Shown here one piece after another: positions 36,324 to 46,040 of a stretch of 64,000 nt of DNA (its first letter is position 1; each line of letters opens with the position of its first letter). Location of the stretch: IMG/VR virus record IMGVR_UViG_3300045119_000180, positions 1 to 64,000 of that record. The stretch is one strand, 5' to 3'. The translations under genes were made by a program, and so were the position numbers. The DNA comes from a virus. Under the pieces are notes generated by a model. It saw nothing but the letters and a program-made list of their open reading frames with translations. It ran no database searches and was not told the DNA's origin.

Positions 36324-36755
36324 ATGAGCCTATATGATATTCGAGATGATATGAGAGTTATTAATCCACGCCCAGTTTGCAAAGCTAACAAACATTCGAT
36401 GTTAGACGCGACTAACGTTTGGGTTAAAAAGAGCACTGGTCAAAGGTATTGCAAGGCCTGCCGCAAGGATAAGCGCCAAAAGGACTATCAAGCGGAAAAA
36501 CAGGTCAACCAGGGCTTCTTTGCATTTGGTACGCTTTGGAACTTCGATCAAATTAGACTAGCTACGCTTCCCCAGATCCGTACGCAAAAGGAGACAATAG
36601 AGAAGAAAGTAGGCAAGCTGGCTGAGAGTCTATCAGAGCACCAAGAGCAGCTGAGACTAGTCACAGCCGCATGGCAAGCCCATATAGACAAGATATATGA
36701 TGATGTTAAGCCTATCCGTCCAATTACGGATGATGATGACGGAGGAAACCTATGA
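36324..36755 (+). CDS. Zn-finger plus coiled-coil protein
   Basis: CKANKH...TNVW...GQRYCKAC, a Zn motif typical of HNH-associated domains; AGGAGG SD. Confidence 0.7.
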   Translation: MSLYDIRDDMRVINPRPVCKANKHSMLDATNVWVKKSTGQRYCKACRKDKRQKDYQAEKQVNQGFFAFGTLWNFDQIRLATLPQIRTQKETIEKKVGKLAESLSEHQEQLRLVTAAWQAHIDKIYDDVKPIRPITDDDDGGNL

Positions 36756-36991
36756 TAGACACGAAGCCTCTAAAAAAGATGCTATTGGCATCATTGAACG
36801 AACTAAAGGAATTGACAGATCCCGCTGGCAGTACGTTGGCCGAGCGGGAAGAAGATAGGCAAACTGTTATGGAGACCGGACAGTATTTGTACCTATCTGG
36901 CGCGAAGGAAGAAGAGATAACAACAGACAAGAATAGCTTGTTCCATGCTTGGCTAATGGAAGGATTCAGGCAACGAAAGCAAGCGAATTAG
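36752..36991 (+). CDS. Hypothetical protein
   Basis: GGAGG SD and ATGA overlap. Confidence 0.6.
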   Translation: MIDTKPLKKMLLASLNELKELTDPAGSTLAEREEDRQTVMETGQYLYLSGAKEEEITTDKNSLFHAWLMEGFRQRKQAN

Positions 36992-37017
36992 ATTAGAAAA
37001 GCTTTAGAAAATAACAC

Positions 37018-37046
37018 TTGACAATCTATTTGAATATCGCTATCGT
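37018..37046 (+). promoter_or_regulatory. Sigma70-type early promoter
   Basis: TTGACA-17-TATCGT, TTGAATATC in the spacer, upstream TTAGAAAAGCTTTAGAA. Confidence 0.7.
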
Positions 37047-37100
37047 AATACCAGAAAGAGAGTAGTTTGGGCTAAAATCATACTTCGCTAAGGAGGACGT

Positions 37101-37484
37101 ATGCACGCGATTAAAGAACTAGACGAATTTACCAAGCAATACCTCAATACGGCATTATGGTCAACGAACGACAATACAACGGAAAGCGGCGGCTATCCGT
37201 TAGACGATAACTATTCAATCGAGGACTGCGCACCCGAAACGATTGAACGCGCCATTGCGGATTGCACAGCCTTTCAAACCGCTAACGCCAAGCTGATAGC
37301 CCAGTCCGGCCGGAGTGATACAGACGTAGCACACGACTTTTGGCTAACGCGTAATCATCATGGCGCCGGCTTTTGGGATGGCGACTACCCTGCGCCTATT
37401 GGTAAGGCGCTAACGGCAGCTGCGCATATTTGGGGTGAGATTGATCTATACGTAAGTGACGACGGTAAACTGTATTTCTCGTAA
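37101..37484 (+). CDS. Conserved-type phage early protein (HDFWLTRNxHGAGFWD family)
   Basis: Recognisable HDFWLTRNHHGAGFWDG motif; AGGAGG SD. Confidence 0.75.
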   Translation: MHAIKELDEFTKQYLNTALWSTNDNTTESGGYPLDDNYSIEDCAPETIERAIADCTAFQTANAKLIAQSGRSDTDVAHDFWLTRNHHGAGFWDGDYPAPIGKALTAAAHIWGEIDLYVSDDGKLYFS

Positions 37485-37524
37485 TTTGGGCTAAAATCAT
37501 ACTTCGCATGAAAGGAAACGAAAA

Positions 37525-37803
37525 ATGGTAACTTTTACAAAAGCACCTTGGACACTTGAGGAACATGAAGACGAACCGTGTAAATTAATTGGCAACGGTA
37601 CTATTCACATTGCGGACATCTATGCAACGGACTTTCCAGCTGGCGCTGCGGATGCTCGATTAATCCAGGCCGCGCCTTTGATGTACGAAACGTTGCAGGC
37701 ACTTGCGCACCAATTGACGGTAGGAGAGGCTAGCCAAGGAAGTCTTAGAGACATTAACTGGTGCGCTAAACAAGCTCGCGCTGTTCTAGAAGTATTAAAA
37801 TGA
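37525..37803 (+). CDS. Conserved-type phage protein (TxxPW...ARLIxAAP family)
   Basis: FTKAPW...ADARLIQAAPLMYETL. Confidence 0.7.
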   Translation: MVTFTKAPWTLEEHEDEPCKLIGNGTIHIADIYATDFPAGAADARLIQAAPLMYETLQALAHQLTVGEASQGSLRDINWCAKQARAVLEVLK

Positions 37804-38485
37804 ACACCATATCCAATCTAGTAGTCCTGCAATCCGAACTAAAGAATATCTGTATTGACAATTACGCCGACTGGACGCATTATAAACAAATCGAAGACGA
37901 AACGAAAATACAGGCTGATAAGGCTTTCGAACGAATATTGTATTACGCCAAAAGGGCTGTATGACAAAATACCTCTATTGCCGTTATTGCTCAAAAAATC
38001 GGCTTTTCGAATTGGTTGACGCAATTCGTAATAGGTGGCGTTGCGGTAAATGTGATAAAACAAGGAGGGCATTATGATCGTATTATCTGTATTGATTGGT
38101 TGGGTTATTCTGTCCGTGCCGGCAGGTCTTATTGCGGGCCGGATATTACACTTCAATTTGGAGGAATAGTCGGGCTAAATTCGTACTTCGCCTTCGGGCA
38201 GAAAGGTTTTTTATGGCTTGGCAAATTGATAAATCTCATCCTGCTTACCTTAGAGAAGTGATTCAAGAATTGCAAAAAGCCGTTGGAAGTTTTATCTATA
38301 TAGGCAACAATCTTCATATGTCTCATACTGATTTCTTTAAGGATCTCTATAACGTTGCATTATTGGATGCAAAGGTGGCTTATGATAAAGCACAAGAGCT
38401 TCGTTAGAGTGCCGGCATGGCTCGCCTTTCTAGGCGCATTAACGGCTGGAATGGCTGTTGTATGGACGATAGGAAAGGTAATAAA

Positions 38486-38869
38486 ATGACAGACCTCGAT
38501 AGCGAGATTAAAAGACTTTTCGTTACAGAGGGTTTGATTGCAGCTATTAGACTTCATCGGTCTCAAACTGGCTTGTATCTTAAAGAGTCAAAGGCTTACG
38601 TTGAAAAGCTTTGCGTTGGTTTAAATATAGGTCATATTAGACGGCCGTGGGGTAAACAACCTGTAAATAGCAAAGAGTTGATTTTCGAGGCCTTTGATAT
38701 GGCCGAACGCATCCGTTTGCTTACAGAGCGAAACGAACGGCTTATAGGTGCAATCCAGGCGTTATTGGACGATTATCGTACAGAAGGTTGCGCCAATCCT
38801 AAATGCCGGCAGTGCCAACGCAGCAAGATAGCACTGGCTGTAGCTAAAGCCGTCCTCGAGGAGGTATAA
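38486..38869 (+). CDS. Protein with a ribosomal bL12 C-terminal-like domain
   Basis: LIAAIRLHRSQTGLYLKESKAYVEKL resembles the bL12 CTD motif KIxAIKxVRxxTGLGLKEAKxxVE. Confidence 0.6.
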   Translation: MTDLDSEIKRLFVTEGLIAAIRLHRSQTGLYLKESKAYVEKLCVGLNIGHIRRPWGKQPVNSKELIFEAFDMAERIRLLTERNERLIGAIQALLDDYRTEGCANPKCRQCQRSKIALAVAKAVLEEV

Positions 38870-40124
38870 TGGACGGCCTGTTCCTGTTCTTTTGTATCGT
38901 TTTGTTTGTTGCAATTGTTGTTGAGCCGCTGTTAAACTGGCTGGAGAAACTATAATGCTAAAACTATCAGCTTGGCTTTACAGGATAGGCTGGCGAATTC
39001 TAACGTGGTCAATAAAACTCAAGGTGAAATATGAATAACGAAGACACGGTACGTGCAATCAATCAAGAAATTACTATCGACCTGCTAGAAGATCAAAAAC
39101 TGCTCAATGAGTTGATTAACGAACTACAGGCCGTTCTGGCCGGAAAGCTAGGCAAGAAATGAGAGCGCTACCTTGGATAGTTTTTGGTCTGGCGATTCTT
39201 CATGTGTTTCACAGAGCAAAAATTGATAGATTTAATAGGTGCGACCATTGTGACGGTTGTGGTTGCGCTGGCTGCGGTCCTGACGGCCGGTGTAGCCTTT
39301 GTAATTCGAGAGGTAAGAAATGAACTTCTACGCTTACGTTGCATATTTTATAGTGCTTTTTGGTTTTTGTGCTTTGTTAGGTATAGAACGGCAGTTAGGT
39401 TCCATAGCTAAAAGCTTGCGTGAAATTGCACGAAACAACTGGCGCGACGAAAAAGGCGGAAAATGAGATTCAAATCTTTATCTTATGAAAACAAGCGGCC
39501 TGTTATTACTGTAGAATATAGATCTTGGTTCTGGTGGAAAGAACGCCAATATATGGCTGTTTCTAATATCGTTGGCAGGTATTATAGGTGGGTAGAGTGG
39601 CCGTCGGGTCTTCATACTCCTGATGCTGTGTCTTTTCAATTGGACACTTGGCTAGAGATGAATAAATGAAATTCTCAGAGATACAACGCCGATTGACAAC
39701 AAAGGAGTTTCAAAAAGGCATGTTATGTCCGGTCTGTTTTAAACCGTTCAGCCGCCGTGAAATTATTGGGCGAAAACTATACTTCGCCGCGTTAGTATTA
39801 ATATCAATTATGTTGACATTATTCGCCGGCAGCTGTTATTATCATTGGGTGCTATCAGGAACAATTAATCCAAAACGATGAAACGCTCTTTAAAGACAAC
39901 ATCGCGGTTAGATCAACTCGACCGTGAGATCCTAGACCTGACGACAAAGCAGCTTGGTTGCCCGTTTAAAGACTTCGAACCGCTTCATTTAGAGATTATG
40001 GCTAAACAGCTAGAAAGGCGAAATCTTGCTAAAACTGATCGAACGGCTGTTCCCGCCGAAGATCCAGCAATTGCATAAAGACGATATTAAAATGGTTATA
40101 GACTATCATGAACGAAAAGAACGG

Positions 40125-40154
40125 TTGACAAAAATGCCAGACTGGATTTATAGT
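40125..40154 (+). promoter_or_regulatory. Sigma70-type promoter
   Basis: TTGACA-18-TATAGT upstream of ORF 40169. Confidence 0.6.
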
Positions 40155-40168
40155 AAGGCGAGATTAAC

Positions 40169-40744
40169 ATGAAATGTCCACGGTGCGGCATTGGAATCGA
40201 CGATGACAACGACGGTAATTGTGGTGTGTGCGCAAAGTGGAATGACGCCAAGTTACGCGAGATGACCGGACGCCCGACTCCAGCAGACAAACTAGCAGCG
40301 GTGGTCAATAAGTGGCGCAGGAGTGCTCGCAAGGCGGTGAATATAGGCACTGCGGGTGCATACATGGAATGCTTTGAAGATGTTGAACCCATCCTGGCTG
40401 AACTCCAGCGAGCGCAGGGGCGAGAATTGCTATACATGGCTGAGTCTGTTAGTCGATTGATTCACGCATGGGATTTGTTTCACTCACATCTACCCGATGG
40501 CGAATACAAAGGGCTAGGAGAAATGCGCATGGCGATTACCTACGCCAAGAAGCACCTGCTCTCCGCGCCCACGCCAGCCGAGCAACAGGAAATAGTCAAT
40601 GTAGGCGACAGGAAGTTTACGCGCACCCCTAATATCGTGGGAGATTTACAAGAAATTGTTTCAGATGGTTCCACGCCAGCCGTGCCATTACAAGTTAATT
40701 CTGCTGTGCCATTGCAAGTGAATTATGCTAAGGAGAAAGAATAG
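40169..40744 (+). CDS. Hypothetical protein with N-terminal Zn ribbon
   Basis: MKCPRCG...CGVC. Confidence 0.6.
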   Translation: MKCPRCGIGIDDDNDGNCGVCAKWNDAKLREMTGRPTPADKLAAVVNKWRRSARKAVNIGTAGAYMECFEDVEPILAELQRAQGRELLYMAESVSRLIHAWDLFHSHLPDGEYKGLGEMRMAITYAKKHLLSAPTPAEQQEIVNVGDRKFTRTPNIVGDLQEIVSDGSTPAVPLQVNSAVPLQVNYAKEKE

Positions 40745-40994
40745 TGGAAGACGTTAAAGAATTATATCAAGAACGAATTGGAAAGATGACGAAGCGACAG
40801 TTCGCAGCCGAATTAAAACGTACAATTAAATCCGGCCAGCCGAATATAATGAATGGCGGCATCCGTGCGATTATCGGAAACATTCTTTTAAACGGCAATA
40901 CAAACGGCAACGATCCTTATTTCAATAATACCGGCAAGCGTCGTGGAGCCGGCAAGGGTACAGGTGGATTGGTCCTTGGTGGTGGAGGGCGCGG

Positions 40995-41366
40995 TTGAAA
41001 CTTCTGTTAGTGTTCTTTCTTTTGCCAACGGTCATATACGGACAGTCAAAGAAAGAATTACTAAAGGTGTATTCTGAGGCTAATAAAGATTACTTTGAAA
41101 ATAAGTTGCCTCCGATCAGTATAGTATTTATAAAACATTTACAACAAAATGGTGATAGTCTTATGGCAACGACATTCTGTAATGATGCCGGTTGCACAAT
41201 TGATATAGACCCGGATAAAAACCCTAACACCCGGGTAGCGGTTATGACGCTTTATCATGAAACGTGTCACGTTTATCTGTGGGATAAGCAAGCAGGTCAC
41301 GGAGAAAAGTTCGAAAATTGTATGGTAAGATTGGCTGAATTGGGTGCTTTTGAGGGTTATTGGTGA
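40995..41366 (+). CDS. SprT-like zinc metallopeptidase with signal peptide
   Basis: NKDYFENKLP...TLYHETCH...HGEKF. Confidence 0.75.
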   Translation: MKLLLVFFLLPTVIYGQSKKELLKVYSEANKDYFENKLPPISIVFIKHLQQNGDSLMATTFCNDAGCTIDIDPDKNPNTRVAVMTLYHETCHVYLWDKQAGHGEKFENCMVRLAELGAFEGYW

Positions 41367-41728
41367 TAGATAAGGTTCGGGCAAGAAGATTAAAAAATTT
41401 CTTTAATTTAACTGAAGAAGAGTGGGAACGAATTAGCCGCTATCAAAACGGCGTCTGCGCTATTTCTGGCAAGAAGCAGAAGAGTGGCAAGAGACTGGCT
41501 ACAGATCACGATCATAAGAGCGGCATGATCCGCGGGTTGCTGACAGCAGAATCTAACAGACTACTCGGCAAAGTAGAGCGGCTGTGGACCGTCGATCAAA
41601 TCAAATTGGTAATTGAATATCTTCTTCATCCGCCGGCCGTCCGCGCTCTAGGAAAGGAAGTATTTACATTTCCAGGCAGGCTTGGAACGAAAAGGCATAG
41701 AAAATGGCTATTAAAAAACAAAAAATAA
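41360..41728 (+). CDS. Endonuclease VII-family nuclease (resolvase or homing)
   Basis: QNGVCAI...LATDHDHKSGMIRGLL...NRLLG. Confidence 0.82.
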   Translation: MVIDKVRARRLKNFFNLTEEEWERISRYQNGVCAISGKKQKSGKRLATDHDHKSGMIRGLLTAESNRLLGKVERLWTVDQIKLVIEYLLHPPAVRALGKEVFTFPGRLGTKRHRKWLLKNKK

Positions 41729-41867
41729 ACTTAAATAAACATCCGTTCAGTAAATCGTTAATCAAGTGGGATAAAGATTGGCGTGCTTTTTTGGCTAACA
41801 AAACCGAATTGAAGAAATCTAACTGATGAAAACTAGTGCCTGTATCTAGCCGTCTAATAGAGGCCAA

Positions 41868-42593
41868 ATGTCAAAGATCCTACTCATAGATATTGAAACA
41901 TCGCCCTCGTTAGGCTGGGTCTGGTCAAAATGGGAGACTAACGTAATTGATTTCGAGCAAGATTGGTACATTTTGTCATTTGGTTATAAATGGCTAGGCG
42001 AAAAGAAAGTAACGGTTTTCGGGTTGGATGACTTTAACGGCTATAAAAAAGATCCAGAAAACGACAAAAATCTTATAAATATGCTGTGGACGCTTTTGGA
42101 CGAGGCGGATGTCATAATTGCTCATAACGGCGACCGATTTGATATTCCAAAAATCAACACTCGCTTCTTGACGCATAAACTGAATCCGCCTAGTCCATAC
42201 AAGACTATTGATACGCTGAAGATTGCCAGGTCAGTCTTTAAGTTCGATAGCAACAAGCTGGACGACCTAGGCAGGTATCTAAGTATCGGCCGTAAGCTTC
42301 CACATACTGGCTTTCATCTTTGGAAGGGCTGTATGTCCGGCGATAAAGCATCGTGGAAATTGATGAAGAAATATAATAGTAATGATGTTGAATTACTCGA
42401 AAAAGTGTATTATATTATGCGAAGTTGGGCAAAGAATCATCCAGCTATTAATCAAGGTCTGTCGGAATGCTGTCCGAAGTGTCAGAGTCAAAAGGTTCAA
42501 CGCCGCGGTTTTGATTACACACTTCAGCGTAAGAAGCAGCGGTACGTATGCACGGATTGTCATGGTTGGTTTCAAGGGCCGGCAACGAAATGA
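41868..42593 (+). CDS. RNase H-like / DnaQ-fold exonuclease with C-terminal Zn ribbon
   Basis: LLIDIETS, AHNGDRFD, YNSNDV, CPKC...CTDC. Confidence 0.85.
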   Translation: MSKILLIDIETSPSLGWVWSKWETNVIDFEQDWYILSFGYKWLGEKKVTVFGLDDFNGYKKDPENDKNLINMLWTLLDEADVIIAHNGDRFDIPKINTRFLTHKLNPPSPYKTIDTLKIARSVFKFDSNKLDDLGRYLSIGRKLPHTGFHLWKGCMSGDKASWKLMKKYNSNDVELLEKVYYIMRSWAKNHPAINQGLSECCPKCQSQKVQRRGFDYTLQRKKQRYVCTDCHGWFQGPATK

Positions 42594-42816
42594 AAAAGTG
42601 GACTCGAATCAAAGATAAAAAGGAAAACAAATATTTAAAGGTGTATGAATCTGATCAAGGCGACTATAAAATTATTTATCCGAAAGCACCGAAGTGGGCA
42701 CAGAAAGTCGCATACGAGATTTGGAAAGACGCCAACAACGGCGTTCCGTATAAAAAAGGCGTCAAGACTATAGTTAAGGGGTTGTGGGCGAAAATGATTG
42801 CAGAGGCGGCAAAGTA

Positions 42817-43242
42817 ATGGCTTCATTTGATACAGGCGCAACGAGAAACGACGACATCGAGAAGTACGATTACGCGGGCTTTCTGTCCTCGTTGGTAATT
42901 GAGAGATACGCAAAGTATATGCACCTGCATCGCCGTCAGCACGATGGCACATTGAGAGCGTCAGACAACTGGAAACTAGGAATCCCGATGTCCCGGTATA
43001 TGCAAAGCCTTTGGAGGCATTTTTTCGACGTTTATAAGATCTATGAAGGCGGTACGGCGATCGATCCTGATAGCGGCGAGAAGGTAGATCTCGAGACGGC
43101 GTTGTGCGGTGTCCTATTCAATACTAACGGCCTTTTGCACGAGGCTATAAAGGGGCGTAAAACAACCGCTGCTATAGATGAACTGTATGTGTCTGAGTTG
43201 AAGGCTAATATTGCTAAACAGCAAGGGCACTGCTCAAAGTGA
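42817..43242 (+). CDS. dATP/dGTP diphosphohydrolase-like (DUF5664) protein
   Basis: FDTGATR...DNWKLGIP...SLWRH. Confidence 0.7.
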   Translation: MASFDTGATRNDDIEKYDYAGFLSSLVIERYAKYMHLHRRQHDGTLRASDNWKLGIPMSRYMQSLWRHFFDVYKIYEGGTAIDPDSGEKVDLETALCGVLFNTNGLLHEAIKGRKTTAAIDELYVSELKANIAKQQGHCSK

Positions 43243-43853
43243 AAACGACGATTTCATTCGACATCGACGGCGTATTGGCAAGGTTTGACAAAGCCTTCGT
43301 CGCTGTCATTAACGACCTTTTCGATAAGAACCTTCCGGCAGATTACTCGCCGAATTCATGGGAATATTCGGAGGTGCTAACGCTTGATGAAATGGATCAG
43401 GCATTCAAGAAAATTAAAACAATACGGAATTTCTGGCACAAATTAGAACATTACGACAAAAATATAGATTCGCTACAACGTTTCCTTCACGACGAATGTC
43501 ATCATTACGATGTGTATTACATTACGTCGCGGATGGATACCGAAGGCGAATCAGCGCTTGGTCAGACCGCCGAGTGGCTTATAGATCGTGATCTATTGCT
43601 TTACAATACGTCGCTGTTGGTGGTTAGGGATCCTAAAGAAAAGAATCACATTCTTCGAGGGTTGAACGTCAAATTCAGTATTGATGACTACCTTCCTACA
43701 GTGATTCAATCCGCGGCTATCCCTAATCACCAGGCGTATTTGCTAAATCGAAGTTGGAATAGAACCGGTCGACCGGATGATGTCCCAGTTGTAAATACGG
43801 TAAGAGAGTATCTCGAGGAGATTCGAGCTTCTAAGGGGGTTTTATCCCAGTAA
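43239..43853 (+). CDS. HAD-family 5'(3')-deoxyribonucleotidase-like protein
   Basis: FDIDGVLA, YITSR, K, IDD motifs. Confidence 0.82.
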   Translation: MKTTISFDIDGVLARFDKAFVAVINDLFDKNLPADYSPNSWEYSEVLTLDEMDQAFKKIKTIRNFWHKLEHYDKNIDSLQRFLHDECHHYDVYYITSRMDTEGESALGQTAEWLIDRDLLLYNTSLLVVRDPKEKNHILRGLNVKFSIDDYLPTVIQSAAIPNHQAYLLNRSWNRTGRPDDVPVVNTVREYLEEIRASKGVLSQ

Positions 43854-43855
43854 TT

Positions 43856-44563
43856 TTGAGTTTCGACACGGAGACGACCGGCTTGGATTCTGAAAAGGAT
43901 CATATTGTAGAGGTGGGCGCGATTTTGTACAGTACGGGCATGAAGCGCCAGCTTGAGGCCGCCAGCTGGCTTGTGAAGACTCCTAACACGATTACAGAAG
44001 AGATTACGGGCATTACTGGTTTAACAAACGCCGCCGTTGCTAAGTTTGGCTACGCAAGCGAGGATGCTTTAGATTCGCTGTTGTGGATGGCTGAACGCGC
44101 GGATTATTGGATTGGCCAGAATGTCATCAGGTTTGACAAAAGGTTTCTAGAAGCGTGGTGCAAGCGGCACGGTAAAGAATTGAAAGAGAAGCTGTGGATT
44201 GATACGCGAACGGATCTGCCGAACACTGAAAGCAAGCATCTTGGTTATATGGCCGCGGATAAAGGGTTCCTGAACCTCTTCCCGCACTCGGCATTGGCTG
44301 ACTGCCAGACGGTATTGAAGCTGACTGAATTTTATAACTTCGATGAAATTCTAGAACGTGCTAAACAGCAAAGCGTAGTAGTTAGAAGCCATCAGAAGTT
44401 CGAAGACAACGAACTGGCAAAGAAGCTAAAGTTTCGTTGGGTTAGTACATTAAAGGTTTGGGCTAAGGACTGCAAAGAAGGCGATATTACCGATTTGCAA
44501 GCCGTAGCACCATTTAAAGTAACAATCGAAAAAGATATACCATTAGAAGCAATTTGGTATTAA
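43856..44563 (+). CDS. DnaQ-like DEDDh 3'-5' exonuclease
   Basis: FDTETTG, NVIRFD, HSALADC. Confidence 0.88.
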   Translation: MSFDTETTGLDSEKDHIVEVGAILYSTGMKRQLEAASWLVKTPNTITEEITGITGLTNAAVAKFGYASEDALDSLLWMAERADYWIGQNVIRFDKRFLEAWCKRHGKELKEKLWIDTRTDLPNTESKHLGYMAADKGFLNLFPHSALADCQTVLKLTEFYNFDEILERAKQQSVVVRSHQKFEDNELAKKLKFRWVSTLKVWAKDCKEGDITDLQAVAPFKVTIEKDIPLEAIWY

Positions 44564-44772
44564 AAAAGGATAAAATGACAAAAAAAGTAGATAATTTGCC
44601 GAAGACGATTCACGTTGTTATAAGTCAAAAAGGGACTAAAGATGAGTGTTTTTTGGCAGACACGAATCTTCAGTCTTTGGTTTCCTCTGCGGATGAAAGT
44701 CCGGCTGTTGTAGGGACATATCAACTGGTAAATCAAACAAAGTGGGAAGAATCCGTGCAGGAGGTACGATAG

Positions 44773-45297
44773 ATGACGACATATAATACAAACACAGGTA
44801 AGGACTTTGAAGTTCCTAATACTGGCAACTTTCAAGGTGTAATCGTAGACGTATTTAAACGCGAGAAGGTTCAGACAGAATATGGCGTTCAGGATAGAGT
44901 TACAATTGTTTGGTTTCTAAACGCCGTAGATTCAGACGGCCGGCCTTTCCGAGCGATTAGCGACGTTAACGCCAAGATTTCTGCTATCCCCGGCCGTAAG
45001 AAGTCGGGTTTTTATGAATTGCTTGAACAGATCTTCGGCGTGCCGCCAGGCGCTACTTTCGAGGACGAAACACTTATAGGGATTAGCCGCAACCTTTTCA
45101 TTATGAAGGAAAAGGGCCGGAAGGATCCTACAAAGTGGTTCGGAAATATCAAGGGTATTACTCCTCTGACTCCTGACCAGACACCTATGACCGTTCCTGC
45201 CGGCTTTGTCCGCGCAAAGGATAAGCAACAGCCTGGACGATCGGTTTCGCCGGCTGTCATTCCACAAGCCGTAGCAGTGGGCGACGAACAGTTTTAG
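44773..45297 (+). CDS. Putative single-stranded DNA-binding protein
   Basis: OB-like beta pattern, acidic-aromatic C-terminus (GDEQF), located in the replication module. Confidence 0.55.
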   Translation: MTTYNTNTGKDFEVPNTGNFQGVIVDVFKREKVQTEYGVQDRVTIVWFLNAVDSDGRPFRAISDVNAKISAIPGRKKSGFYELLEQIFGVPPGATFEDETLIGISRNLFIMKEKGRKDPTKWFGNIKGITPLTPDQTPMTVPAGFVRAKDKQQPGRSVSPAVIPQAVAVGDEQF

Positions 45298-45302
45298 AGA
45301 TT

Positions 45303-45382
45303 CCGAGTTCGAATCTCGGGCGTAGACGGCCTACGTAGTTCCAGGGAGCACTGGAACAGAGAGTTTGAATCTCTCAGCCGTT
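45303..45382 (+). ncRNA. tRNA-like structured element with two T-arm hairpins
   Basis: CCGAG-TTCGAAT-CTCGG and GAGAG-TTTGAAT-CTCTC; GTTCCAG/CTGGAAC hairpin; GACGGC/GCCGTT closing stem. Confidence 0.45.
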
Positions 45383-45424
45383 TTATCACTTCCCAAGGAG
45401 TTCTTTTTTAACTGACTAAATTAA

Positions 45425-46039
45425 ATGGCTATTATAGGGTGTCATCTTCCTTTATCTGTCCGTATAAAACTACGGGCAATAAGAAAGGAAAGAGGTGAGT
45501 GTACTTGGTGCGGTGCTGAAGTAGAAGGAGATTTGAGAAATAGAGTAACCGGAAAGTTGAGAACGATGTGCCGTAAGTGTCTTCGTGATAATGCGGACAA
45601 GTTAGCTCGATATAGGCAAATTCGTCACTCTAAAGGTTTATGTGAAAGATGCGGTAAGAATCCTCCTAAGCCAAGCCTTAAAAACTGTATAGAGTGTACG
45701 GAAAAAGTGCGCTTCTATTCTAAAAAGCACCAAGACGCAACATTTTTTGAGAAACGAGCTAGAGTCGGCGGGATGCAGTATTCGGTAGCCAGCGCAAAAA
45801 TGTTGTGGTCTCTTTGGAAAGAGCAAAGAGGCCGCTGCGCTTTAACGGGCGAAAGATTGACAAGAACGAATAGTCAATTAGACCATATATTTCCAGTATC
45901 TAAAGGCGGTTCAAACGAGCGTTCAAATTTACGTTGGCTTTTAGCAGAAGTAAATCAGGCTAAAAGAGCTTTAACAGACGATGAGTTCTTATTGTTGTGC
46001 AAACGCGTAGTCGATTGGGCGGAAAGAAATCGGAGTTAA
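45425..46039 (+). CDS. HNH endonuclease with N-terminal Cys repeats
   Basis: QRGRCALTG...LDHIFPVSKGGSNERSNLRW...VNQAK. Confidence 0.85.
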   Translation: MAIIGCHLPLSVRIKLRAIRKERGECTWCGAEVEGDLRNRVTGKLRTMCRKCLRDNADKLARYRQIRHSKGLCERCGKNPPKPSLKNCIECTEKVRFYSKKHQDATFFEKRARVGGMQYSVASAKMLWSLWKEQRGRCALTGERLTRTNSQLDHIFPVSKGGSNERSNLRWLLAEVNQAKRALTDDEFLLLCKRVVDWAERNRS

Positions 46040-46040
46040 C

